Translations under genes and position numbers: made by a program
The notes under the pieces: generated by a model
Told to the model about the DNA's origin: nothing
The model's input: only the letters and a program-made list of their open reading frames with translations
The model's database searches: none
Origin: Aeriscardovia sp.
Lineage (GTDB): Bacteria; Actinomycetota; Actinomycetes; Actinomycetales; Bifidobacteriaceae
Direction: 5' to 3'
Length of the DNA: 64,000 bases
NCBI GenBank assembly: GCA_017413255.1
Contig: JAFPUC010000004.1
Coordinates: 20,882 to 84,881, forward strand
In this document: in pieces, positions 38,636-47,447 of the stretch
Layout: every line of letters starts with the position of its first letter
Numbering within the stretch: the stretch's first letter is position 1

Positions 38636-41600
38636 CTAAGCTTCTTCTTGCACTTCATCTGACAAAGCCGCCATGCCCTCTATACTTGTAATTTTTTCAA
38701 TAATATCCTCCTCGTTCATGGGCAGGGCTGGAATTTGACATCCCCCTTCCGAGAGGTAATAAAGGCATGCATCTATGTCTTTTACATCCTTCTTTAACGC
38801 TCTGGATAGCACGAGGCGGTAGATTTCCAGCTGGAGCAGTTTTTCGTCTTTCTCATCATCCGTTTCGGGGATGCTTCCGGTCTTCCAATCTACGATTGTG
38901 AGCATGGAGTTTAGATTGTCACCCTTCAAATCTCCTTTGAAGACCGCATCCATCTTTGCCGTAATGGGGGCAAGTACTCCGGGGACGAGAACAGTGAAAG
39001 ACTCCTCTGCACAGAATGGTTTTCTTCTGTTCCATTTAGAAGCGAGAAAAACATCCTTCCACTGGGATATCTCTTCCTTGTATTCGCTTTTAATCTTACA
39101 CTGCCATTCGTCTGAAGGATTTAACAAATGGGTTGCCACCCATGCATGAAACTCAGTTCCGGCCTCAGCTTTTTGTTCAGACCCGTGCGGCATAGGCCTT
39201 ATCACGGATTGCATGGCGCTGCGGGGGTTTTTCTCGAGCCATTGTACGAAAGTGGCAGAAAGTTGCTTGGTTTTTTCCAATTCCGCGAATTGCTCTTTTA
39301 GGCTCTTTTTCGCGTTCGATGCGGAATAAAAATTCAGAATTTCTTTTGCCAATCTACTCAGATCCAATTGCTCTTCTCCGGAAGCGCTGAGAACCCGATC
39401 CGCGCTTCGGACTAATATTGTCCTGAGGCTCTCTTTAATTTGCAGCGGCCATACGTATTCGTCTTCTGCAGCATCATCCCATGGATTTTCAAGCTCGCCG
39501 ATTATTGCCTTCTCAAGCCCTTCGCCGGATTTGTCGGTGGAGTAGAGCGCGAAGTCCGAGCTATTTGCAGAATGCATGCCAGCATTCCATTGTTCGCTGC
39601 TGGCATTGTCCGGGCAGCATTGACCGCTCATAATGTAGTTGACTGCATCCACCCAGAATTCCCCGCTATGCTCCTTATTTCTCAGGTGGGATTCGTCAAA
39701 AGTGTTGGGACATTTCGACACTAATAAAAGATCGCTTTTAGTTCTAGTCACAGCCACATACGCGGTATGGGCTTCTTCTATCTCATCTCTTCGGATTTCT
39801 TCGCGGCAAAGATTGTCTATGCATCTGGAAAGATCGCCTATGGTGGGATAGTTATCCGGATCGTTGAATTGCTCGCAGGCTACGCGGTAATCAAGATCGC
39901 AATCATCTAAATCTGCCCTTAGATTGGCGGGGACTGCACTACAGGAATTAATCCACATTTTTTTCCAATATGAATCTGAGTTACCTTCAAATCCCCCCTC
40001 CTTAAAACTTTGTTTTTCAGGGATTTTTTCCATTCCAACTACAGCAACGCTGTCCCACTCGAGACCTTTTGCCTGATGAATGGTCATGATGTCTACAACG
40101 TCACCGGAAGAGGCGCCCTGCCTCATGGGTTTCTCATAATTTTCAATCCATCCCAAAAAGCCTTGAAGAGAAGCTGCTTTATCTGACGGAAGATCCGCTT
40201 CGTAAACTTTGACTGCTGCTAATACGTCTTCTAAAGTAAATTTCATGTAGGGCAAATTATTCAAAAGCGCTTCTGCGGTGCCTATGTCAGCATTGAAATC
40301 CAAAGCTTTCCATGCAGCAGCTACAGTTTCTTCAATTCCCTGAGGAATTACCGAGACTACCGATTGAAGATCTTTTCTAAATCTCTCCAATATTCCCTCA
40401 GAAGGCGGCAAAGGATAGGATCCTGTCAATAAATACAAGGGAAGAGTGACTAAAGGGAGAGGAGGCTGCTTTTTGTCCTGATTTTCAGATTTAATCGCAC
40501 TATTCTCTCCATTGAGAGATTGGTTTAGATCCTTATTTTCACGTGATACCCATTTCGACAGCTGATGCAAAATATCCAAAGGCAACCCGTAACGCGGAGA
40601 AGTGAGCAAATCTTCTGCCTGAAGAGACGCAAAAGGATCGGAACATACGGACAGAAAATTTTTTAAGTCTCTCGCTATGGGATTTTCATTATCAAAGGCA
40701 GTGCTTCCAGTCAAGGCGCAGGCTATGCCCTTCTCTTCCAAAAAGTCTTTATACTGTTGAAGATTTTTATTTTTGCGCCCCAGAATAGCTATTTGTTGAT
40801 TACCTTTTCCACGTTCATTTTCTACAAATTTCCAAGCAGCCCTCGGGCCTCCGCAATCTCCCTTGTCCTTGTACGAAAGGGCGCATATTTCTGCATTTCC
40901 GGGATTAGCAGTAAGATCCTGCCTTTCTTCTTCAGGCAAATGTTTAGTTATGCAGTTGGCGAGATCTGCGACATTCTCTTTATTTCGAAAGGTTTTTGAC
41001 AAACGGAGCAGATTATCATTAGCTTCGCTGACATTAAATTCCTTTTCAAAATATGTGAATGCGCCCGGCGTGCTTCCCCGAAATCCGTAAATTGCCTGCT
41101 GAGGATCTCCCACGGCGCATACCTCAATATCATCTCCACCGAAAAGGAGTTTTATCAAAACGCCCTGCGTATGGTTAGTATCCTGGTATTCGTCGAGAAA
41201 AACATAGCGGTATTTATCTCTATAGGCTTGGGCGATGGACGGAAATGTGGATACCAGCCTTAAAGCATAGACTGTAAAGTCTCCATACTCAGCCAACCCG
41301 TCTTTCTCTTTCAGGGCCGCATATTGCTTTGAAAGGTATATTACTAGTTTCCTAAGTTTTGCATTGCAAAGAAGGGTTTTCAAATTGGCTTTAGCATCTT
41401 CATCTTCTGAAGTTTCCAAAAGCCGATTAAGCGAATCAATCCAGCGATCGTTCCAAACTTCCGTACTTTCTACGGCCTCTTTAAAACTGAGATGTTTTTC
41501 ATCTATGAGGAAGTTAAGGGCCCCACCTGTAAAATCTTTTATCTCTGTTTGAAGATCTTTGGAATATGAGTTTGCATAGGGAGTTAATGAAGGGAGAGTG

Positions 41601-42043
41601 TAATTCGGATTTTCCTCTGCGATCTCATCAAAACACTCGTTGATGGAATCCGAATTTTCTTCCATCACGTTCGCTATACACTGGCAAATCCCCGCATCCG
41701 ACAGCGGAGCCATTTGCGGCTCTACTCCAATCAACAGCCCGTACTGCCTGACTATGCCCTCTACGAATGCGTCATATGTCTGAACCCTGATGGCTCCATC
41801 CTTTGATTCCGACGCTTCGGCAGATCTGCTGGCTAATTCCAACGAGGCCTTTACGGTAAAAGTCAAACCTAAGATGGACTGGGAGCGAACTCCTTTTTCG
41901 AGAAGATATTGGATGCGCTTTATAAGCGTTGTAGTTTTTCCGCTTCCTGCGCCGGCAACTACCAACAGATGCTTAGCATCGGAATGCATGATTTTATCCT
42001 GCTCATCTGTATTTTTATTCATCACAATCTTCCTTAATACCAT
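38636..42043 (-). CDS. UvrD-type SF1 helicase fused to a RecB-like PD-(D/E)XK nuclease (AdnB/AddA-like subunit)
   Basis: VVAGAGSGKTTT (Walker A), VFLDEYQDTN (motif II), VGDPQQAIYGFRGS (III), TIHQAKGLEWD (V) and VAVTRTK (VI). The C-terminal nuclease motifs are AKMDAVF...TIVDWKTGS...LQLEIYR. Confidence 0.85.
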   Translation of the reverse strand: MVLRKIVMNKNTDEQDKIMHSDAKHLLVVAGAGSGKTTTLIKRIQYLLEKGVRSQSILGLTFTVKASLELASRSAEASESKDGAIRVQTYDAFVEGIVRQYGLLIGVEPQMAPLSDAGICQCIANVMEENSDSINECFDEIAEENPNYTLPSLTPYANSYSKDLQTEIKDFTGGALNFLIDEKHLSFKEAVESTEVWNDRWIDSLNRLLETSEDEDAKANLKTLLCNAKLRKLVIYLSKQYAALKEKDGLAEYGDFTVYALRLVSTFPSIAQAYRDKYRYVFLDEYQDTNHTQGVLIKLLFGGDDIEVCAVGDPQQAIYGFRGSTPGAFTYFEKEFNVSEANDNLLRLSKTFRNKENVADLANCITKHLPEEERQDLTANPGNAEICALSYKDKGDCGGPRAAWKFVENERGKGNQQIAILGRKNKNLQQYKDFLEEKGIACALTGSTAFDNENPIARDLKNFLSVCSDPFASLQAEDLLTSPRYGLPLDILHQLSKWVSRENKDLNQSLNGENSAIKSENQDKKQPPLPLVTLPLYLLTGSYPLPPSEGILERFRKDLQSVVSVIPQGIEETVAAAWKALDFNADIGTAEALLNNLPYMKFTLEDVLAAVKVYEADLPSDKAASLQGFLGWIENYEKPMRQGASSGDVVDIMTIHQAKGLEWDSVAVVGMEKIPEKQSFKEGGFEGNSDSYWKKMWINSCSAVPANLRADLDDCDLDYRVACEQFNDPDNYPTIGDLSRCIDNLCREEIRRDEIEEAHTAYVAVTRTKSDLLLVSKCPNTFDESHLRNKEHSGEFWVDAVNYIMSGQCCPDNASSEQWNAGMHSANSSDFALYSTDKSGEGLEKAIIGELENPWDDAAEDEYVWPLQIKESLRTILVRSADRVLSASGEEQLDLSRLAKEILNFYSASNAKKSLKEQFAELEKTKQLSATFVQWLEKNPRSAMQSVIRPMPHGSEQKAEAGTEFHAWVATHLLNPSDEWQCKIKSEYKEEISQWKDVFLASKWNRRKPFCAEESFTVLVPGVLAPITAKMDAVFKGDLKGDNLNSMLTIVDWKTGSIPETDDEKDEKLLQLEIYRLVLSRALKKDVKDIDACLYYLSEGGCQIPALPMNEEDIIEKITSIEGMAALSDEVQEEA

Positions 42044-45000
42044 TCACTTTTTCCGACATGCCGTATATTGTCATTGCCTTTTCAATGAGGTGGTGAGCGC
42101 TGTCATCTTCGTCTATTTCCCTCATTTGAATCTGCGATGCATCCACATACCTGACCGCATAGAAAAACTTGGCAAACATGTAGAAAACCCACGGCAGCCA
42201 GGTCTCTAAGTCGTCTTCGCTTCTTTTCTTTGCCGGTGGAATATGCAAAGCCCTTATTATGGGATTAAGCGAATTTTCAATTCCTTTAGGCATGTGGCCC
42301 GTTATAGGTATCGAATTCCATTTCGGTTTTTTTCTCTCTATAGGAGTTTCATTAAATTTTGTTCCAGATGTATCAAATATGCATGGCTGATAATAATGTT
42401 CGTAGTTATAATCGCCCTTCTTGGCGGAGGTCGTATCTTTAGATGAAGCGGGGTATGGCTCCAATTCGACTGAAAACAGCATTGACCTGGCTGCGCGATC
42501 TCCATATTTCTTTTTTGTTTCAGAACTCTTATTGAAGTATAAAAGCAGCTGATAGCAGAATAACTGCAGATCCGAAACATCTTTTATGCCATTGCAGTAG
42601 CTAGACCCTGTCTTATAATCAATCACATAGGTTTTACCTCCCTCTCGCTGTTCCAAGCGATCAATTGTGCCTGTCAAGTAAATCTTCTTACCTTGCACCG
42701 ATGCCAGACCTTCAAAATTCCCAAGGATTTCCATAGCCTCGATAAATTCGTCTTCAGTAAAATCCATGCCTCTAAAGGCGTCGCTCCGTTTTGCCATTTC
42801 ATAAATGTCTTCAATAGTGAAGTTTGCTTCTAGACGCTGCTCTGCAAATGCTTTTTCCAGAGGAGGAACATCCTTTAATTCAGAAGGGCAAGCTTCTGAT
42901 TTTTCAGGATCGCAGGCAGTGGCAAAATATGTAGCCAAATTGGCCATGGCTTTTCTGGCTTTTCGTTCGTAGCTTCCCCTATCAAGGTTGCTCAGATCGG
43001 CCTGCTCATCCTGCAGTTCTTCAAAGTGCTTTAGCAACTCTTCTTTAAGTTGCTCTTCACTTTCGCTGTGATCTTTCCCTTCCTCAGTAGCCCATTGCGC
43101 GCAAGCGTGAATAGTAGTCCCAAACTGCATCTGAGATTTAGACTTTGTGGGCCCCTCGTTATTTTGAAGGGTTTGCCTGACGGGAGTGTTCCAAATTCCA
43201 TCTACACCTGAAGGCTTCAGATATATTTCCTCTCCTGAATCTTCATTGGAGCCCTCAGGTTTTGCAGCGTGCGTGAAATTCCAAGATTTCGGATCGGCTT
43301 TTTCCACCCCAGCTCGCATTAGCATTCGTAATGCGTTAGCAGCGTCGTCTGCCATTTCCGCGTTCCCTTCTAAAATTGCCTTTGCCAATTTGGATCTGCA
43401 GTATGCCGCCATTCCTTCGGTCGTAAGGCGTCCTAGCTCCAGCTCGGATTGACTGTTTGGGAAGAATGGGCAGGTGCCCCCCATCGCAATAAGGGAATTT
43501 ACACCATAAAACGGGGCATGTTCCTGATCGGAAACTGCCAAAAATACGGTTTCCCCATCGGATCTGGAAGATGCTACTAAGAAGCTGCGCCAATTCGAGT
43601 ATTTTTCCTCAACTTCAAAACGATCCCTAACTTCTCGTACATCTCTGGGAAGAAATTGAGAATCTATTTTTTCTACCCGGTCTTTTGTAGCTACAGCTTC
43701 TAGAAGGTGGGTATCAAATAACTCTTCTATAACATATTTATCCCAGACCTTTTCCTGCACATCTGCTACCCATACCTTTTTGTACCTTTTCGACTGCAAG
43801 CCTGAGGGCGAGGAAAGGGTGATTCTGTCATCTTTGGGCGCGACCTGGGCTAAAGAATCAGACTCTATATAAGAGTTGGATACCCGTTTCAGAAAGTTCG
43901 GGATGCTTTCCCCTTCTTTTCCTGTATCCGCTAAATCTTGAAGGCGTATAAGCTGATCCAGCCACTTGTTGACTTCGACAGATTTTGCCCCTCCCTTAAG
44001 AGCGCGACTCTGCCACTTGTGATGAAGTCCACATCCCTCCCAAAGATTGCAGAAAAGTTCCGGAACGCTGTTTATATCCTTGGCCTTACCCAGTAATTCG
44101 AATAACGTCTCAAAATCCTGGAAATTGTTCCTCTTTTCACCATCGGCTTCTAATGCTTTGAAAATCTTTTCCCTGTCGGAAGGGTTAATGAGAAGAAAAG
44201 CAAAAAATGCCTCGAGGTTTTTGTCCTTTTCTGCGACCTCGGTCCAGTCAAGCCACTTTTTAAAGGCTGAAAACTTTTCAAAAATATCATTAGGCTGTCC
44301 ACTATCTTGATTTTGCGCTGATGCCAAGGACGATAGGACAGCCTGGAAAATATTTTTGGCAATAAAAATCTGCGCAGTTTTCGCACTTTCAAACAGGGGA
44401 GACTGAAGCGCGGCTACTGCCAGGGAGAAGGCATCTTGACGCATAGCCTGAACCGATTCCTGCCCCGAAGCATAATAGGACAGCTGCATAAGCGCGAGCA
44501 TTCCCTTGATTATTGGGCTGTCTTTAATTGACTCGTCATTAACAGCGGTGTACTTGAATGGAATGCCATCCCTATCTAAATCTTCCCCAATTCTTTTTAA
44601 GAAGGCATTGTCGTTGGCGACTACGGCCAGATCTCCCCATTCCTTTTTCTCTTCAATTTTACAGCTTAAAATCTCGTTTTTAAGCAGGGCGATCTCTTCT
44701 TCCTCAGATTTAGTTATTACATATCTGAAAGAACCAAAAGGCGCGTGCCCTTTTGGGGTTCTAGCCGCCTCTTTGATGGGTGTTCCCATAAATTGGAACC
44801 ATGATCCTATATTCCTAGACGTATCTTGCAGAAATTTCGCCTCAGGCACATCGTCATTCTCCAGCGAATATGGACCTTCAAAGTTTTTCGTTTCCAAAAT
44901 TGACAAGACATCAGGGAAGGCGCCTTTGTAACTTTGTACCGATTCATCGTCATTTCCAACGAATATGAGGGGAACTCCCTTTAAATGCAATGCTTCCAAA

Positions 45001-45860
45001 AGATCAAAAGTGGCTAAATTCAAATCTTGGCAGTCATCGACTACAACGAGCTTTGGAAGGTTTCCATCCATACCTCCGGATTCAACTTTTCTCTTGCATT
45101 CGAGCAGCATGTAGGAATTGTCATAGTAATTTGGATAGTTCTCCTCAATAGAAGCAACATACTTAGACCTGAGATCCTGCACAATTTCCCAGCTAAGGCA
45201 TGCATGCTGCCTTCTGTCTTCTTCCAATTCAAGGTCTTTCAAATTGTTTTCAAACTCAACAATATCTTTATCTTCAAGTCCGATGCCTAATTCGCTGAAT
45301 CTTGCAAAAATTTCCCTGAGCTTGGTTATAAATTGGGAAGCTAGAAATACCTTCTCGAATTTAGAATCCGTAGTGGCGCCAATCTCCAACTGAGAATTGT
45401 CGGAATGAATGTATTCTCTCAGTTTCATACATATGTCGCCAGAATTGCTTTCATTCCCTGCGCTTACCTGCTCTATAATTTTCTTTATTACCTCGGAAAT
45501 TAGCTTAGTTTGATCGGAAACGTCCAAAAGTCGAATATTTTCATTATTTTTTTTCAAAAGCGCGAAAGCCAGAGCCGCAGGGGTTTTAACAGGTCTGGGA
45601 TCTGTGGCATAAATCCCGGTTTCATGGGTCAAAAGCTTCGAAAGTACCTTATCGCTTAGAATGTCTACAGCTTCACGGCTCCATGGAGCTACCATGAAAG
45701 CAGCGCCTTTAAGGACTTCCTCTTTATATTTTTCGAGTATTTCTTCGCAAAGACTGGTTTTCCCTACTCCGCATCTTCCCGAAAAGCGGAGCGCCCCCCC
45801 TTTTTCTATGGCCTCCTGAGCCTTTTCAACTGCCTGGTCTAAACTTAGAGAATTGGACAT
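42015..45860 (-). CDS. Helicase-nuclease partner subunit with a degenerate SF1 motor and a RecB-like nuclease (AdnA/AddB-like)
   Basis: GRCGVGKT Walker A, VVVDDCQD (motif II-like) and FVGNDDESVQSYKG (motif III-like). The nuclease motifs are GTIDRLEQ...VIDYKTGSS...QLFCYQ. It overlaps the downstream partner by 29 nt. GGGGGA SD lies before the ATG. Confidence 0.8.
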   Translation of the reverse strand: MSNSLSLDQAVEKAQEAIEKGGALRFSGRCGVGKTSLCEEILEKYKEEVLKGAAFMVAPWSREAVDILSDKVLSKLLTHETGIYATDPRPVKTPAALAFALLKKNNENIRLLDVSDQTKLISEVIKKIIEQVSAGNESNSGDICMKLREYIHSDNSQLEIGATTDSKFEKVFLASQFITKLREIFARFSELGIGLEDKDIVEFENNLKDLELEEDRRQHACLSWEIVQDLRSKYVASIEENYPNYYDNSYMLLECKRKVESGGMDGNLPKLVVVDDCQDLNLATFDLLEALHLKGVPLIFVGNDDESVQSYKGAFPDVLSILETKNFEGPYSLENDDVPEAKFLQDTSRNIGSWFQFMGTPIKEAARTPKGHAPFGSFRYVITKSEEEEIALLKNEILSCKIEEKKEWGDLAVVANDNAFLKRIGEDLDRDGIPFKYTAVNDESIKDSPIIKGMLALMQLSYYASGQESVQAMRQDAFSLAVAALQSPLFESAKTAQIFIAKNIFQAVLSSLASAQNQDSGQPNDIFEKFSAFKKWLDWTEVAEKDKNLEAFFAFLLINPSDREKIFKALEADGEKRNNFQDFETLFELLGKAKDINSVPELFCNLWEGCGLHHKWQSRALKGGAKSVEVNKWLDQLIRLQDLADTGKEGESIPNFLKRVSNSYIESDSLAQVAPKDDRITLSSPSGLQSKRYKKVWVADVQEKVWDKYVIEELFDTHLLEAVATKDRVEKIDSQFLPRDVREVRDRFEVEEKYSNWRSFLVASSRSDGETVFLAVSDQEHAPFYGVNSLIAMGGTCPFFPNSQSELELGRLTTEGMAAYCRSKLAKAILEGNAEMADDAANALRMLMRAGVEKADPKSWNFTHAAKPEGSNEDSGEEIYLKPSGVDGIWNTPVRQTLQNNEGPTKSKSQMQFGTTIHACAQWATEEGKDHSESEEQLKEELLKHFEELQDEQADLSNLDRGSYERKARKAMANLATYFATACDPEKSEACPSELKDVPPLEKAFAEQRLEANFTIEDIYEMAKRSDAFRGMDFTEDEFIEAMEILGNFEGLASVQGKKIYLTGTIDRLEQREGGKTYVIDYKTGSSYCNGIKDVSDLQLFCYQLLLYFNKSSETKKKYGDRAARSMLFSVELEPYPASSKDTTSAKKGDYNYEHYYQPCIFDTSGTKFNETPIERKKPKWNSIPITGHMPKGIENSLNPIIRALHIPPAKKRSEDDLETWLPWVFYMFAKFFYAVRYVDASQIQMREIDEDDSAHHLIEKAMTIYGMSEKVNGIKEDCDE

Positions 45861-45895
45861 AGTCCCCCTTCAAAATGCATTTGTCGAATATTCTA

Positions 45896-45905
45896 CTTAC
45901 AAAGA
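45896..45905. repeat. Right arm (CTTACAAAGA) of the 10-bp inverted repeat bracketing the helicase-nuclease module
   Basis: It is the exact reverse complement of 38613-38622. It lies 36 nt upstream of the 1281-aa gene start. Confidence 0.3.
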
Positions 45906-46026
45906 GGTATAAAAAACGGTAAGAAAACAGCTGTCTGTAATCGACTACATCGAAGGCGAAGAGCGGCCCTTTTCACAGCTTCGCTTTAACACCAGGGATG
46001 CTGTAGCATTCTGCCAGCTCCCCTAT

Positions 46027-47160
46027 ATGCATATGCCGGATTTCATACCGAAATTCGTAGAACAGGGAGAATTGGACGACTTCTTTAGACAAGAGGCTTC
46101 ATGGACTTTTGAAACCCCTGTAAGGGAAGATATTTCCACTAAGTCCGCATCCGTCCCTCAGCCTTTGGTAAAGCCCAATCCGGTACCGGTAAAAGACTTG
46201 TTGAAAAGAGAGCTTTACCACTCGATGGTGTATGACGTAGTGAACCCGGACCTTTGCATAGACATGGTAAGGGCTCTCGGCGAAAGTCCCAGGTTCAGGG
46301 AAGTGAGGCTGTCAAACTTAGTCGAACCGGAAGATAAAAGCGATCCAGAGAGATTTTGCGCCCTTACGGCAGATCTTGGAAATGGAGTGCTCTTTATTTC
46401 CTTCAGGGGAACCGACAGCACTGTCAGGGGGTGGAAGGATAACTATGAAATGGGATTTTTGTGCCCCGTCCATTCCCAGAAAGTTGCCGCCGCCTATTTT
46501 TCCCAGCTCCTTCAATCTTGGCATGGGGCACTGATACTGGGAGGGCACTCCAAGGGAGGAAATCTTGCAATTTACGCTTCCAGCGTATGCCCCCCGGAAG
46601 TTCAGGATAAAATTTTGGCAATTTATTCTCTTGACGGCCCGGGATTTAACAGCGATTTTCTTCAAACTGAAGGCTTTAAAAGGATAGAGGCGAAAATTCA
46701 CAAAATCGTCCCGGAATTTTCTTTTATAGGCTCCCTACTAGATTCGAGCGTCCACTATTCTATAGTCAAAAGCAATGCCTCAGGAATAAAACAGCACTAT
46801 CCCATAAGTTGGCAATTTAAGAAAAATCTCCAATTTAACACAGCGGAAAAAATCGCTCCCCTTGCCGCATACATAGGCTCTACCTTTAACAGGTGGATAA
46901 ACAAGTATGATGCCGTAGGCAAGAAAATTTTTATAGACACCCTTTTCAATTCCATTGCCGCAGCTGGATATACGGATTTTGACGACATCTTTTCAGATTT
47001 CAAGTCTGCACTTCCCCGCCTTTATAGGCAGTTTCGCACTCTTCCCCCAAGCCTTAGGGAAGCAATGGTTCAATTTTTCCAAGATTTGGCCAATATCGCT
47101 TTCTTTCAACTTCCCCTTGTGAAGGCTTTTGCTCATAAAGAGGTTGGCTCTAAAGACTAA
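46027..47160 (+). CDS. DUF2974 / Mbeg1-like alpha/beta-hydrolase (lipase-like)
   Basis: Nucleophile elbow GGHSKGGNLAIYAS. The in-frame translation upstream of the first ATG (from about 45931) still looks like the family N-terminus; see findings. Confidence 0.75.
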   Translation: MHMPDFIPKFVEQGELDDFFRQEASWTFETPVREDISTKSASVPQPLVKPNPVPVKDLLKRELYHSMVYDVVNPDLCIDMVRALGESPRFREVRLSNLVEPEDKSDPERFCALTADLGNGVLFISFRGTDSTVRGWKDNYEMGFLCPVHSQKVAAAYFSQLLQSWHGALILGGHSKGGNLAIYASSVCPPEVQDKILAIYSLDGPGFNSDFLQTEGFKRIEAKIHKIVPEFSFIGSLLDSSVHYSIVKSNASGIKQHYPISWQFKKNLQFNTAEKIAPLAAYIGSTFNRWINKYDAVGKKIFIDTLFNSIAAAGYTDFDDIFSDFKSALPRLYRQFRTLPPSLREAMVQFFQDLANIAFFQLPLVKAFAHKEVGSKD

Positions 47161-47170
47161 GATAGAAAAC

Positions 47171-47401
47171 ATGAGCGATAGGGTTGAAGCCCTGGTAGGA
47201 ATGATATGCGTCCTCATAGGCCTGGCAGGATCCATAGCTATTGCGCTTCATAATCTGCTTTCCCATGGAGGAGAGAGGCTGCTTGGACTGGCAGCGATAG
47301 TATCTGCGATATGCCTGTTTATAGATTTTTGGGTTTGGGTGAGAACGTATAATCAAGTCCCCCGCAAGCATAGAGTAAAAGTTAAAAAGAGAAAATATTA
47401 A
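47171..47401 (+). CDS. Small two-TM membrane protein (hypothetical)
   Basis: MSDRVEALVGMICVLIGLAGSIAIAL...LAAIVSAICLFIDFWVWV, followed by a basic tail and then a terminator. The ORF track starts at 47129, overlapping the upstream gene. Confidence 0.4.
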   Translation: MSDRVEALVGMICVLIGLAGSIAIALHNLLSHGGERLLGLAAIVSAICLFIDFWVWVRTYNQVPRKHRVKVKKRKY

Positions 47402-47403
47402 GC

Positions 47404-47438
47404 ATAAAAAAATCCCAGAAAAGCCTGGGATTTTTTTT
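47404..47438. terminator. Bidirectional Rho-independent terminator
   Basis: AAAAAATCCCAG-aaaagc-CTGGGATTTTTTTT lies between convergent genes. The core stem is 47414-47418 / 47425-47429, extended by A/T pairs. Confidence 0.6.
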
Positions 47439-47447
47439 GAGCAGTTT

